Source: Takakia lepidozioides
Lineage: Eukaryota; Plantae; Bryophyta
Assembly (NCBI GenBank): GCA_030704615.1
Contig: CM060732.1
Span: forward strand, 6,820,001-6,884,000
Direction: 5' to 3'
Length of the DNA stretch: 64,000 nucleotides
Positions 38,231 through 51,500 of the stretch are shown here, piece by piece. The notes beneath the pieces are model-generated. The model was not told the origin of the DNA, searched no databases, and saw only the letters and a list, made by a program, of their open reading frames with translations. The position numbers were made by a program, and so were the translations under genes. Every line of letters begins with the position of its first letter. Within the stretch, counting starts at the first letter, position 1.

Positions 38231-40035
38231 GTGGGGGGGGGAGGGGGAGGAGGTGCTTCAAGCACTTAGAAAAAACAATGGGCGCGACGCCTATGTGCGA
38301 CGCCTGCGCCCTGCCTTTAAAAAAAAATTCAAACTGGGTATTTGCGACGGTGGGTTGTCGCTGCTTGTGACCCCCGGCCTCACAAATCCAAAAAATGTGT
38401 CGCACGATGCGACGCGTTGGTGTCGCAGGTAGTGACGTCTGGGCTTTTTAGGTTTAGGGTTTTGGGCCTTTTGGGGTTCTTATTTTTTTTAATAATAAAT
38501 AAATAAATAAAAATTAAATAATAATAATAATTTTTAATATGGTACTGCGGTAGGGTCTTTGTTTTTCTTTATGGTGCTGGGTTTTGGATTGGCGGTTTTG
38601 GCTATGGGTCTTGGGTTGAAAGGATAAACGGTGTAATTAGGATTCACATATCCAAAAAGTGGTTCAATCTGATAAGCGCAAAGCGCTGGGTCTCAGTAAA
38701 TATTTCCATGGTGTGGGCAACTGAAGATAGAAGATGAGGAAGGATTTATTGTCTTGGGCTCTCTCACCAGAGGAATGCTCCGCCTTTGTTTACCAATTTT
38801 GAAAGTCCCGAGGCTGAGGCAAAGGCCCAGGCCCTTAGGCAATGTGGGACTGGTCTTTTTGGGATTTGCTTTTTTCTTTATAGGATTTTTTTGATACTGG
38901 GTTTTGGAGTTTGAATTTCGTAGGGTCGTTACGGCCTCCTGGCATTGGGGCGTAACGACCCCTTGCTGTCGTAGGGTGGAAAAGGCACATAGGGTTTTTT
39001 CGCCAACAATTTTTAAGAAGTGAAAGTGCTGGTGGTGTGTGTTAATTAGGATGTGATGGTGATGAAACATCGACCCGTCTCCCTCTTGGATGGGGAGGCA
39101 GTACCACATATCGATTGTGGCCTAGGAACGACCGTTTTTTCATGGCGAGGAGCGACCCATTGCACCTGATCCAATACAGGCTGGCGGACACAATCGTAGA
39201 AGGGACTAGGGCCAAATTTTAGGTGATGCGAAGGATGCTGACACTCCGGGATCGAGTCGGGCGCGCCGCGGGTTGCCCCCTCGTGGACCACCCCGTGGTG
39301 AGAGCCCTGCTAGTCCAGAGGCACAACGCCCACGCACGTCCACCTTTGACCCCCACGATAGGATTGAGTGTTGGTGCACTAAATGTTGGGCACGGATACC
39401 GCCGGGCGGCACCAGACCACCGAGGCGGCGACCGCATATTGTCAAAAAATATTACGCGAAGAACTTGATTGCGGATGCGGCAAAGGTGAGTATTTTTCCA
39501 CCCCCTCTCATTAACATTCATTCATAGTACATTTGGTATATCTAATAATATAGTATGATTGGTAAGCTTACATAAAACCAAATTACGATATAAATATTGA
39601 TACGTCATATACTACGCATATTGCAGCTATGACTTGATGCCCAAGCTCGCAATCACATTGCACGGGAGACATTTCGCGCCGGTCTGCTTGCAGAATTTGT
39701 GCTAGAGCCTGTGCCCGATGTAACCAGTTGGTTCCCCCAGCACCACGTAGATGAGATGTATAGGGTTGAGGGGTATTGTAGGTGTCGGAGGCGTTATGGC
39801 CGGCAACGAGCAGCTCCCCCCCCCCCCCCCCTCCGGTTTTCCTCAAGCGGTCCCCCTGATCCAGTGTCCTCATCTGACGATTCTCCGCGCCGTACATGCA
39901 GTAGCAGCTTGCAGGCCGATTGTGGCCTTCCCCCCCGCCCCCCGTCTGTTTCTTTGCCTGATCCGGACGTTGTACCCCCGGTTGCACCTCCGGCATTACA
40001 TCCTCAACCACCTCCACTTTCATATCCTCCGCGGG

Positions 40036-43000
40036 AAGAGATGACGCAACGAAAAATAAATAAATAATAAAAATAGGTGGGGGAATCACTGAGCAACTGC
40101 TGCTCAGTCACGCGCGCCCCCCCCCCCCCCCCCCCCCCCCCGCCCCCCCCAACCTTCCCACTCTCTCCCTCTCTTTTATCTCTATCCCTCTCCCTCTCTC
40201 TTTTTAACTTTTTCTGACCCCTCTTTCTCTCTCTGGGGGTTTTTTTTTTGTGAGCAACACAAAAGAGAGAGAGAGAGAGATAAAGAGGGAGAGGGAGAGA
40301 GGGAGAGATCAAGAAACTAATAAAATAATAATTTTAAAAAAAAAAAATGGAGGGGGGGGGGGGTGGAGTGACGAGCTAAGTTGTGCCTCGTCCCTCACTT
40401 TCTCTGTTGCCCTAAACTCGGGTTCACCTCTCTCTCCCCTGTGTGGTAGAAACGCCGTGCAAAGGCGGGAGCAAAAGAAGCTGAAGAGAGAGAGAGAGAG
40501 AGAGGCGTGGGTGAGCGGGGATGAGAGGCCCTGCAGTGGCGGGGACCCGCGCCGTTGGCAGCCGCGACAGCAGCGCCGGCGCCACCACCAACAGCAGCAG
40601 CAACAGCAGAGGTAGGTCAGGGTAAAGAGGTGGTCTATGGCTTTGTCTCTGACATGTGGGATCAAGGGAAAGATGTCGAGAATTGTCCATAATTTGTATG
40701 TCATACCAAAAGTGTGTGTGTGAGAGAGAGAGAGGGGGAGAGAGAGGGACAGAGCGAGAGAGGGAGGGAGAGAGAGGAAGAGATAACGAAACCGTGGAAA
40801 AATAAAAAAATAAAAAAATGACTGAGCAGCTGCTGCTCAATCCCCCCCCCCCCCCCACCTTCCCACTCTCTCCATCTCTTTTGTCTCTATCCCTCTCCTT
40901 CTCTCTTTTTAACTTTTTCTGACCCTTCTCTCCCTCTCTGGTTTTTTTTTTTTTTGTGAGCAACACAAAAGAGAGGGAGAGAGAGGGAAGATACTTTTTG
41001 TCATGTCAACACAAAGACAGGACCCCTAGGGTCGTTGTCATGAAAGAATAATCAGACATATCAGCCACTTAACAGTGGCACCATCCATCAATCATCAAGC
41101 TTAGAAAATCCAGAATTACATCCATGCACAGTAATGTGTTCATGTCAGTAATTATTCATAACCCAAAGAGTATGCCACTAATGCTGATTGACCACCAGTC
41201 ATGATCATGATACACATTCAGAGGTCTGGGTGGGATGGCGGGTACTTGACCATATTTTGGCCTTGATGTGTTGCAAGTCAAAAGGTCATACAGATTTACT
41301 GTCCGCAAGCTGTAATCCAAGCATACTTACTCAAACCCCATGGGTGTCATGGAGGGTTTTTTTAAGAAGGCAAAAAGAACAAAAAGAACACTTGGAGATC
41401 ACAGATTTAAATACCTTGCCCTGTCAGTATTTGTTTAGACTGGTCTGCAACACAGCTTGCCCCCACAGGGGAGGTGGATATGTCTGGTAAGTTTTCCAGG
41501 ATACCCCTATATCTTTATTTCATGCTACAGCTGAAAATCAAATTTCATGACACAGCAAGGTAAATATAAAGGACTGCATACACATCCTGTGACAGTATAT
41601 GATATTGTCAGTACACCCTTCACATCATTCCACATTTGACCATGTCATTACACCATGTCCAGGGGGTATTTCCACTTGACCACCCTGGCTGCCTCAAGAA
41701 CCAGTTACCAGTTATATCGTTGCCATATTTCAGTGTCAACCGAATATCCACAGGTAGAATCTTCACCATACCCTGGCCTAAGCATCTAGCTAACCAAGCC
41801 ATCCGGGTTGGAACATAACAGGGGCATTTTACCAACATGGGTACCCGAATAGCTGCAACAAACAGTTCCTTGCATCCTCTCAATTTGTTCCAACTACCAT
41901 AAGGTAAGCAAAGCAAACTAGGGCCTGGAAAACAGATGTGTGTCTCTCACACAAGCCATCATAAACCCGGCTGTCACAACAAAGCAGAGGTTTTCCACTG
42001 GTTGGGCCGAAATAGCCCATCATAGAAAGCATTACACTTGTTCTTCATAAATAATGGAAGTAAAGAGGTAGGATCAAGAAAAACCATAGAGTAGTTTAGT
42101 TTTTCAACATTTAGGATGAGTCCCTCGCAAGCGATTCCTTCCCCTCCTCGGCAATCCCACTTGGCATCCAACAGCACCTAGACATCAGTATATCAAGTGG
42201 AAGCCCTCACTTGTGCCCGTCCCAAAAACAACCACAACGCATTGTGAGTTATTGAGGATGCACGAGGTGAGTAGCAGGCTTCTACACTTGCTATCGAGGT
42301 CAAATACACTTCAATCTAAGCGCAGAGAATGCCAAAGAAAACAGGGAAGCAAGAGAAACAGAAAAAAAAAACCTTTTTTACTGTTTGGGGGAGAGTCGCC
42401 ATCTCTCCACAAGCCTAACCGTGCAAGGAGGACTCCGCCAGCACCACAGCACTGCTACCTTAACCAAAGCAAGGTCTTGCCAAGCACAAGAAAAAATAGC
42501 TCGGTCTCAAAAGGTAGGGTTTATAAAGGGAGGGAGAGAGAGACTTCCTTGTTCTACCAAGACGGCGTCATTCATCAAAGATCCAGAGGAGGGCTCCTAG
42601 GGAAACGTCATAAGCAAGCAGGTGGTACCTCCATCACTGCCGTGGTTCCCTTGTGCAGCAAAAAAACAGACAAATGAGACAGTGAATCTTCCCTAAGGAA
42701 GCAAGGAAGCAAGGAAGCAAGGAAGCAAAACCAACAGAAAAAAAAATAACCATTTTTACTGTTTGGGGGAGAGTCGCCATCTCTCCACAAGCCTAACCGT
42801 GTAGGGAGGACTCCGCCAGCACCACAACACTGCTACCTTAACCAAAGCAAGGTCTTGCCAAGCACAAGAAAAAAAAAACTTGGTTTCAAAAGGTAGGGTT
42901 TATAAAGGGAGGGAGAGAGACTTCCTTGTGCCGCCATTCGTCAAAGATCCAGAGGAGGGCTCCTAGGGAAACGTCCTAGGCATGCAGGTGGTGCCTCCGC

Positions 43001-46000
43001 CATCACTGCCGCGGTTCCCTTGTGCAGCAAAAAAACAGACAACTGAGACAGGGAATCTTCCCTCATCTCTAAGCCACCACCATCGCCTTAAAGAGCCCGC
43101 CCAGGCGTCGCTCACAGGAGCCATAAACACTCAAGGATTGGCAGCTCAAAGGCACCATCGCTCCTCACAAGCCGTTGTCGCGCGCGCTCTCGCAATGCAA
43201 AAAGAAAGACATTAGGGTTGCGCAGGGTTTTCCCTGTCTGGCCCGTCATTCATCCTTCTCAGGATGAAAAACATCCGCCAGTCTGTCTGCCCGACGGACG
43301 TAGTCCGTTTCTCATTCGTGGAAGATGAAAGACATCGTGCTTTCATCCTGTCTTGCACTCAACGGATGTAGTCCGTATTTCATCTAGGTTAGATGAAAAA
43401 CATAGGGGGTTTTTTTTTTTTTTTTAATTCCCTGTATTTAGGTGATGTCAGATAAACTCCTTTTTTCATCCAGGTTGGATTGAAAAAGTAGAAACTGACG
43501 GGAGTTTTGCAACTCACAAGTTTTTAATGAAGAAATATTTCACTAAAAAAATAATTTAAAAAATATATTTTGGATAAAAAACATCCAAAATTCCCTGCAA
43601 CCCAATTTTGCAATTTTTTTCTTTTTCCTCAAGGATGGAAGTCGGGACAACAATTCCATAAACCCAGTGTCCAGAGGGAGAGAGAGGGAATCCCACCATC
43701 AAACCCCTGGCATGGCAGGCCCTTACGGAGTGAGTGTGGTATGCACTCACCCCGTAAGGGAGTGCATACCACACTTCTCTCCAAAAGGGCAAACTCTCCC
43801 TGCTCATATGCCAATCCTTCGGAAGATGTCCTGAAAAGGATTAGCAGGCTACCTTTAGACAAACTGGGTATCCAAAACAAGTATATCAACCTTAATGGTG
43901 TGATTGGGGTATGTATTGAGCATAGACCCCGAAATAAAACTAGTTTATTCAAGGTATTACATGTGTAAGAAACCAGATGCTTTATGCATGGTTTTCTTTC
44001 TTTTTGTTCCATCAAAAGTCAACAAATCTGCATACATAAGGGAAAGGACATACCATTTTTAGGTTGTCAATGATCATTCCCAGGCATCAAAGTTCCTCTT
44101 GTGGATTGGGGAGAACTCTCCTGCCATCTGCCTGGATCGGTTCGACCCATGGCTCCCAATGTCGATTGTGGAGCAGGAATTGGATCCAGAGCCTCCATTG
44201 GATGTTCTGGTTACGGACTTAGCATTCTCGGAGTTGGAGAAAGATTGTTGTTTCTGCCCGAACCTGCCACCTCTTTGGTAGCCCCCACGTCCTCTGAAAT
44301 TAGCACCCCTGCCCCTGTTGGGTCTCCCTGTTTGCTGGAAAGTGTTCCCTTCAATGCGTTGCCGTTTATAGCTATTAAACGCAGGTTTGGGGAGGCTGTC
44401 AGAGAAACATCCAGGTTTGATCAATCTCTCAATGAATCTAGCCCCTTTGGAGTCCGGTAGCTTATCAAGCAATTTTGCCTTGGGGTTATCGGCAAAAGTT
44501 TCTGCTGCTTCCAAAAGGAGCTCCCGGATCATTTGGAATGTTATCTGAGCCAGTATTGCAGATCTGGCAGCCCTCATCAGCCGTACAATGAAGCTATAGT
44601 ACTTGCTTTGTGCTGAGGGGTATGTTGCATCAAGAAAGAAAGCCCCAAGATGGTTAATCATGTACCAGACCAAATGATCGAACCAAGCCACACTTCCAAC
44701 ACATCCAGACGGAGCAGCACCAGGTCCACAATTACATCTTAGGTATGGCCTATGCCAGTTCCAGAGTTGGCTTTTGTGATTCCGGGAACGGACAGATCCA
44801 GTAGAGGGATCATTTTTGGTCCTAAGAGTGATATTGTCCCCATTGTCACATAGCTTATAATAAAATGTTTTTAAGGGCCATGCAACAACGATGGGCTCCT
44901 TTTTGAATCTCTGGAAACCATCTATAGCATCCTGATAACAACGTAGGTGTTCAGCATCAGTGATGTTACCCCACTTCATCCACATCTCGATGGAGATGGG
45001 TGCTAAGAGGTTGATGTTGGCTTGCGGGTGCCACATCATGTGCTCGTTGTTGGCCATGTCAAGCTCAACGGAGCGAGGGGGTGTCCAAGGGACAAATTGC
45101 TGATTCCCCGGGGTAGCGCCTGCTGCCCTGTCTTGTTCCACCTGTGACATTTCCATATGCTCACAGAAATCCTTCACCGCATCAATTTCATGTTCGGGAA
45201 GACACATGTGACTTAGAAGCGGGTGATTGGTGACGGAGGGGGTAAAATCCTGCTCAGCATTGGAGGACGATTTCTGGGTAGAAGGGGTCTGTTCGTCGTC
45301 AGGGTTAGCCAGACGTAGTGCAGCCTCAATCTTTTCTCCTTTAAGACCACATTCCGAGAGTTCTTTGGTATCCTCTTCAAGGATAGTAGGCATACGTTCA
45401 TGATAGTCAATCAGCCTGATCATGTACTTGCCATTTTTATTTGCAGATAGGGACAGCTTAACCCAGTCCTCTAGGGCCAAAGTCTCAAGCAACAGGATTG
45501 GATTGTCATGACCTAAATCAATAGCTGCTGAGTCCAATGCTTGCACTTTAGCATGGAAGTCCATTGGCTTTGTTTGTGCCAACACAGCCTGAATAGCAGG
45601 GATTGGAGGGGGCAGCGGTGGCTGATATCCCATGGCCTGCAGCTCAACAATACATTCCGGAGTTTGTTTGGTGGAACTCTGCTCATAAACTGGAAATTTA
45701 GTCTAGTGACCAAGGGATAGTGTATGCAGAAACCACTACGCATATTGGAAAGTAAGAGAGGGAAGATACTTTTTGTCATGTCAAGACAAAGACAAGACCC
45801 CTAGGGTCGTTGTCATGAAAGAATAAATAGACATATCAGCCACTTAACAGTGGCACCATCCATCAACCATCAACCTTAGAAAATCCAGAATTGCATCCAT
45901 GCACAATAATGTGTTCATGTCAGTATTATTCATAATCCATAGAGTATGCCACTGATGCTGATTGACCACCAGTCAAGATCATGATACACTTACAGAGGTC

Positions 46001-48524
46001 TGGGTGGGATGGCGGGTACTTGGCCATATTTTGGCCATGATGTGGTGCAGGTCACATAGTCATACAGATTTACTGTCTGCAACCGGTAATCCAAGCATAC
46101 TTACTCAAACCCCATGGGTGTCATGGAGGGTTTTCTTAGAAAAGAAAAGAACACTTGGATATCACAGGTTTAAATACTTTGCCTTGCCAGTATTTGTTTT
46201 AGACTGGTGTGCAGTACAGTTTGCCCCCATAGGGGATGTGGATATGTCTGGTAAGTTTTCCAGAACACCCCTATACCTTTATTTCTTGCTACAGCTGAAA
46301 ATCAAAGCTCATCACACAACAAGGTAAATATAAAGGACTGCATACACATCCTGTGACAGTATATGATACTGTCAATACACCCTTCACATCATTCCACATT
46401 TGACCATGTCATTACACCATGTCCAGGGGGTATTTCCACTTGACCACCCTGGCTGCCTCAAAAACCAGTTACCATTTATATTACTGCCATATTTCAGTGT
46501 CAGCCGAATAGCCACAGGCAGAAACTTCACCATACCTTGGCCTAAGCATCTAGCTAACAAAGCCATCTGGGTTGGAACATAACAGGGGTCTTTTACCAAC
46601 AGAGGTACCCGAGTAGCTGCAACAAACAGTTCCTTGCAGCCTCTCAATTTGTTTCCAACTACCATAAGGTAAGCAAAGCAAACTAGGGCCTGGAAAACAG
46701 ATGTGTGTCTCTCACACAAGCCATCATAAATCTGGCTGTCACAATCATAACAGAGGTTTTCCACTGGCTGGGCCAAACTAGCCCATCGTAGAAAATATTA
46801 CACTTGTTCTTCAAAAATCAAGGAAGGAAAGAGGCAGGATCAAGAAAAACCATAGAGTAGTTTAGTTTTTCAACATTTTAGGATGAGTCCCTGGCAAACG
46901 ATTCCTTCCCCTGCTCTGCAATCCCACTTGGCATCCAGCAGCACCTAGACATCAGAATATTAAGTGGAATCCCTCACCTGTGCCCGTCCCAAAAACAACC
47001 ACAACGCATTGTGAGTTATTGAGGATGCACGAGGTGAGTAGCAGGCTTCCACACTTGCTATCGAGGTCAAATACACTTCAATCTAAGCGCACAGAATGCC
47101 AAAGCAAGCAAGGAAGCAAAACCAACAGAAAAAAAAGAACCATTTTTACTGTTTGGGGGAGAGTCGTCATCTCTCCACAAGCCTAACCGTGCAGGGAGGA
47201 CTCCGCCAGCACCACAACATTGCTACCTTAACCAAAGCAAGGTCTTGCCAAACACAAGAAAAAAAAAGCTTGGTTTCAAAAGGTAGGGTTTATAAAGGGA
47301 GGGAGAGAGACTTCCTTGTGCCGCCATCGTCAAAGATCCAGAGGAGGGCTCCTAAGGAAACGTCCTAGGCATGCAGGTGGAGCCTCCGCCATCACTGCCA
47401 CGGTTCCCTTGTGCAGCAAAAAAACAGACAACTGAGACAGGGAATCTTCCCTCATCACTAAGCCACCGCCATCGCCTTAAAGAGCCCGCCCAGGCGTCGC
47501 TCACAGGAGCCATAAACACTCAAGGATTGGCAGCTCAAAGGCACCATCGCTCCTCGCAAGCCGCCATCGCGCGCGCTCTCGCAACGCAAAAAGAAAGACA
47601 TTAGGGTTGCGTAGGGTTTTCCCCTGTCTGGCCCGTCATTCATCCTTCTCAGGATGAAAAACATCCGCCAGTCTGTTCGCCCGACAGACGTAGTCCCTTT
47701 CTCATTCGTGGAAGATGAAAGACATCGTGTTTTCATCTTGTCTTGCACTCAACGGATGTAGTCCGTATTTCATCTAGGTTAGATGAAAAACATGGGGGTT
47801 TTTTTTTATAAAAAAATTCCCTGTATTTAGGTCTTGTCAAATGAAGTCCTTTTTTCATCCAGGTTGGATTGAAAAAGTAGAAACTGACGGGAGTTTTGCA
47901 ACTCACAAGTTTTTTAATGAAGAGATATGTCACTAAAAAAATAATCAAAAAAATATTTTGGATAAAAAACATCCAAAATTCCTTGCAACCCAATTTTGCA
48001 ATTTTTTTCTTTTTCCTCAAGGATGGAAGTCGGGACAACAATTCCATAAGCCCAGTGTCGAGAGGGAGAGAGAGGGAGAGAGAGGAAGAGATGACGCAAC
48101 GAAAAATAAATTAAAAATAAAAATAGGTGGGGAATCACTGAGCACTGCTGCTCAGTCACCCCCCCCCCCCCCCCCCCACCCCCCCCATCCTTCCCACTCT
48201 CTCCCTCTCTTTTAGCTCTATCCCTCTCCCTCTCCTCTTTTTAACTTTTTCCTGACCACTCTCGTCCTCTCCCTCTCTGGGGTTTTTTTTTGTTTTTTGA
48301 GCAACACAAAAGAGAGGGAGAGAGAGGGATAACGAGAGGAGAGAGGGAGAGAGGGAGAGATCAAGAAACAAAAAAAAAAAAAAAAATGGAGGAGGGGGGG
48401 GGTGGTGGAGTGACGAGCTAAGTTGTGCCTCGTCCCTCATTTCTCTGTTGCCCTAAACTCGGGTTCACCTCTCTCTCCTGTGTGGTAGGTAGAAACGCCG
48501 TGCAGAGGCGGGAGCAAAAGAAGC

Positions 48525-48558
<34 letters not shown>

Positions 48559-51500
48559 GGGTGAGCGGGGATGAGAGGCCCTGCAGTGGCGGGGACCCGC
48601 GCCGTTGGCAGCCGCGACAGCAGCAGCAACAGCAGAGGTAGGTCAGGGTAAAGAGGTGGTCGAGGTGGTCTATGGCTTTGTCTCTGACATGTGGGATCAA
48701 GGGAAAGATGTCGAGAATTGTCCATAATTGTATTTCATACCAAAAGTGTGTGTGTGAGAGAGAGGGAGGGGGAGAGAGAGGGACAGAGCGAGAGAGGGAG
48801 GGAGAGAGAGGAAGAGATAACGAAAACGAGGAAAAATAAAAAAATAAAAAAATGATTGAGCAGCTGCTGCTCAATCCCCCCCCCACCTTCCCACTCTCTC
48901 CATCTCTTTTGTCTCTATCCCTCTCCTTCTCTCTTTTTAACTTTTTCTGACCCTCTCTCCCTCTCTGGTTTTTTTTTTTTTGTGAGCAACACAAAAGAGA
49001 GGGAGAGAGAGGGAAGATAGTTTTTGTCATGTCAACACAAAGACAGGACCCCTAGGGTCGTTGTCATGAAAGAATAATCAGACATATCGGCCACTTAACA
49101 GTGGTGGCACCATCCATCATCATCAAGCTTAGAAAATCCAGAATTACATCCATGCACAGTAATGTGTTCATGTCAGTATTATTCATAACCCAAAGAGTAT
49201 GCCACTAATGCTGATTGATCACCAGTCATGATCATGATACACATTTAGAGGTCTGGGTGGGATGGCGGGTACTTGACCATATTTTGGCCTTGATGTGTTG
49301 CAAGTCAAAAGGTCATACAGATTTACTGTCCGCAAGCTGTAATCCAAGCATACTTACTCAAAACCCATGGGTGTCATGGAGGGTTTTTTTAAGAAGGCAA
49401 AAAGAACAAAAAGAACACTTGGAGATCACAGATTTAAATACCTTGCCCTGTCAGTATTTGTTTAGACTGGTCTGCAACACAGCTTGCCCCCACAGGGGAG
49501 GTGGATATGTCTGGTAAGTTTTCCAGGATACCCCTATATCTTTATTTCATGCTACAGCTGAAAATCAAAGTTCATGACACAGCAAGATAAAAATAAAGGA
49601 CTGCATACTCATCCTGTGACAGTATATGATACTGTCAGTACACCCTTCACATCATTCCACATTTGACCATGTCATTACACCATGTCCAGGGGGTATTTCC
49701 ACTTGACCACCCTGGCTGCCTCAAAAGCCAGTTACCCGTTATATTGCTGCCATATTTCAGTGTCAGCCTAATATCCACAGGCAGAATCTTCACCATACCC
49801 TGGCCTAAGCATCTAGCTAACCAAGCCATCCGGGTTGGAACATAACAAGGGCATTTACCAACATGGGTACCCGAGTAGCTGCAACAAACAGTTCCTTGCA
49901 TCCTCTCAATTTGTTCCAACTACCATAAGGTAAGCAAAGCAAACTAGGGCCTGGAAAACAGATGTGTGTCTCTCACACAAGCCATCATAAACCCGGCTGT
50001 CACAACAAAGCAGAGGTTTTCCACTGGTTGGGCCGAAATAGCCCATCATAGAAAGCATTACACTTGTTCTTCATAAATAATGGAAGTAAAGAGGTAGGAT
50101 CAAGAAACCATAGAGTAGTTTAGTTTTTCAACATTTAGGATGAGTCCCTCGCAAGCGATTCCTTCCCCTCCTTGGCAATCCCACTTGGCATCCAGCAGCA
50201 CCTAGACATCAGTATATCAAGTGGAAGCCCTCACTTGTGCCCGTCCCAAAAACAACCACAACGCATTGTGAGTTATTGAGGATGCACGAGGTGAGTAGCA
50301 GGCTTCCACAGTTGCTATCGAGGTCAAATACACTTCAATCTAAGCGCACAGAATGCCAAAGAAAACAGGAAAGCAAGAGAGAAACAGAAAAAAAACCTTT
50401 TTTACTGTTTGGGGGAGAGTCGCCATCTCTCCACAAGCCTAACCGTGCAGGGAGGACTCCGCCAGCACCACAGCACTGCTACCTTAACCAAAGCAAGGTC
50501 TTGCCAAGCACAAGAAAAAATAGCTCGGTCTCAAAAGGTAGGGTTTATAAAGGGAGGGGAGGAGAGACTTCCTTGTTCTACCAAGACGGCGCCATTCATC
50601 AAAGATCCAGAGGAGGGCTCCTAGGGAAGCGTCATAAGCAAGCAGGTGGTACCTCCATCACTGTCGTGGTTCCCTTGTGCAGCAAAAAAACAGACAAATG
50701 AGACAGTGAATCTTCCTAAATCTCTAAGCCACCGACATCGCCTTAAAGAGCCCGCATAGGCGGCGCTCACAGGAGCCATAAATACTCAAGGATTGGCAGC
50801 TCAAGGTATCTGCAGCACGAGCACCATCGCTCCTTCCAAGCCGCCATCGCGCGCACTCTCGCAGCACAAAAAGAAAGACATTAGGGGTGCGCAGGGTTTT
50901 CCCCTGTCTGGCCCGTCATTCATCCTTCTTAGGATGAAAGACATCCGCCAGCCTGTACGCCCGACGGACGTTGTCCGTTTCTCATTCGCGGAAGATGAAA
51001 AACATCGTGCGTTCATCCTGTCTTGAACTCGACGGATGCAGTCCGCTTTTCATCTAGGTTAGATGAAAAACATCAGGGGGTTTTTTTTTTAAAAAACTTT
51101 TTATACCTGTCTTGTCCCGTATTTAGGTCCTGTCAGATGAAGTCTTTTTTTCATCCAGGTTGGATTGAAAAAATAAATACTGACGGGAGTTTTGCAATCA
51201 GTATATTCCGGGTTGATATCCGGATGAAGCAAAAAACCTCACAGGTATTAGTAAAGAAATGTTTCATTAGGGAAAAAAATGTATTCGAGATGAAAAACAT
51301 CTAAAATTCCCTGCAAACCCAATTTTCATTTTTTTTTTTCAATTTTTTCAAAAATGGAAGTCGGGACAACAATTCCATAAACCTAGTTTCCAGAGGGAGA
51401 GAGAGGGACACCAAAAAGATAAAAATAAAAAATAAAATAAAATTGGGGGGGGGGGGTGTGACCAGCTAAGCTGTGCTTCCTCCCTCACTTTCTCTCTTGC

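Noticed and set aside
38447-38462. Interstitial telomere
   Set aside because: Only about two TTTAGG(G) units; telo-box-like at most.
40004-43600. Short ORFs in the A/B blocks
   Set aside because: Frames are not preserved between copies and derive from microsatellites or non-coding leader.
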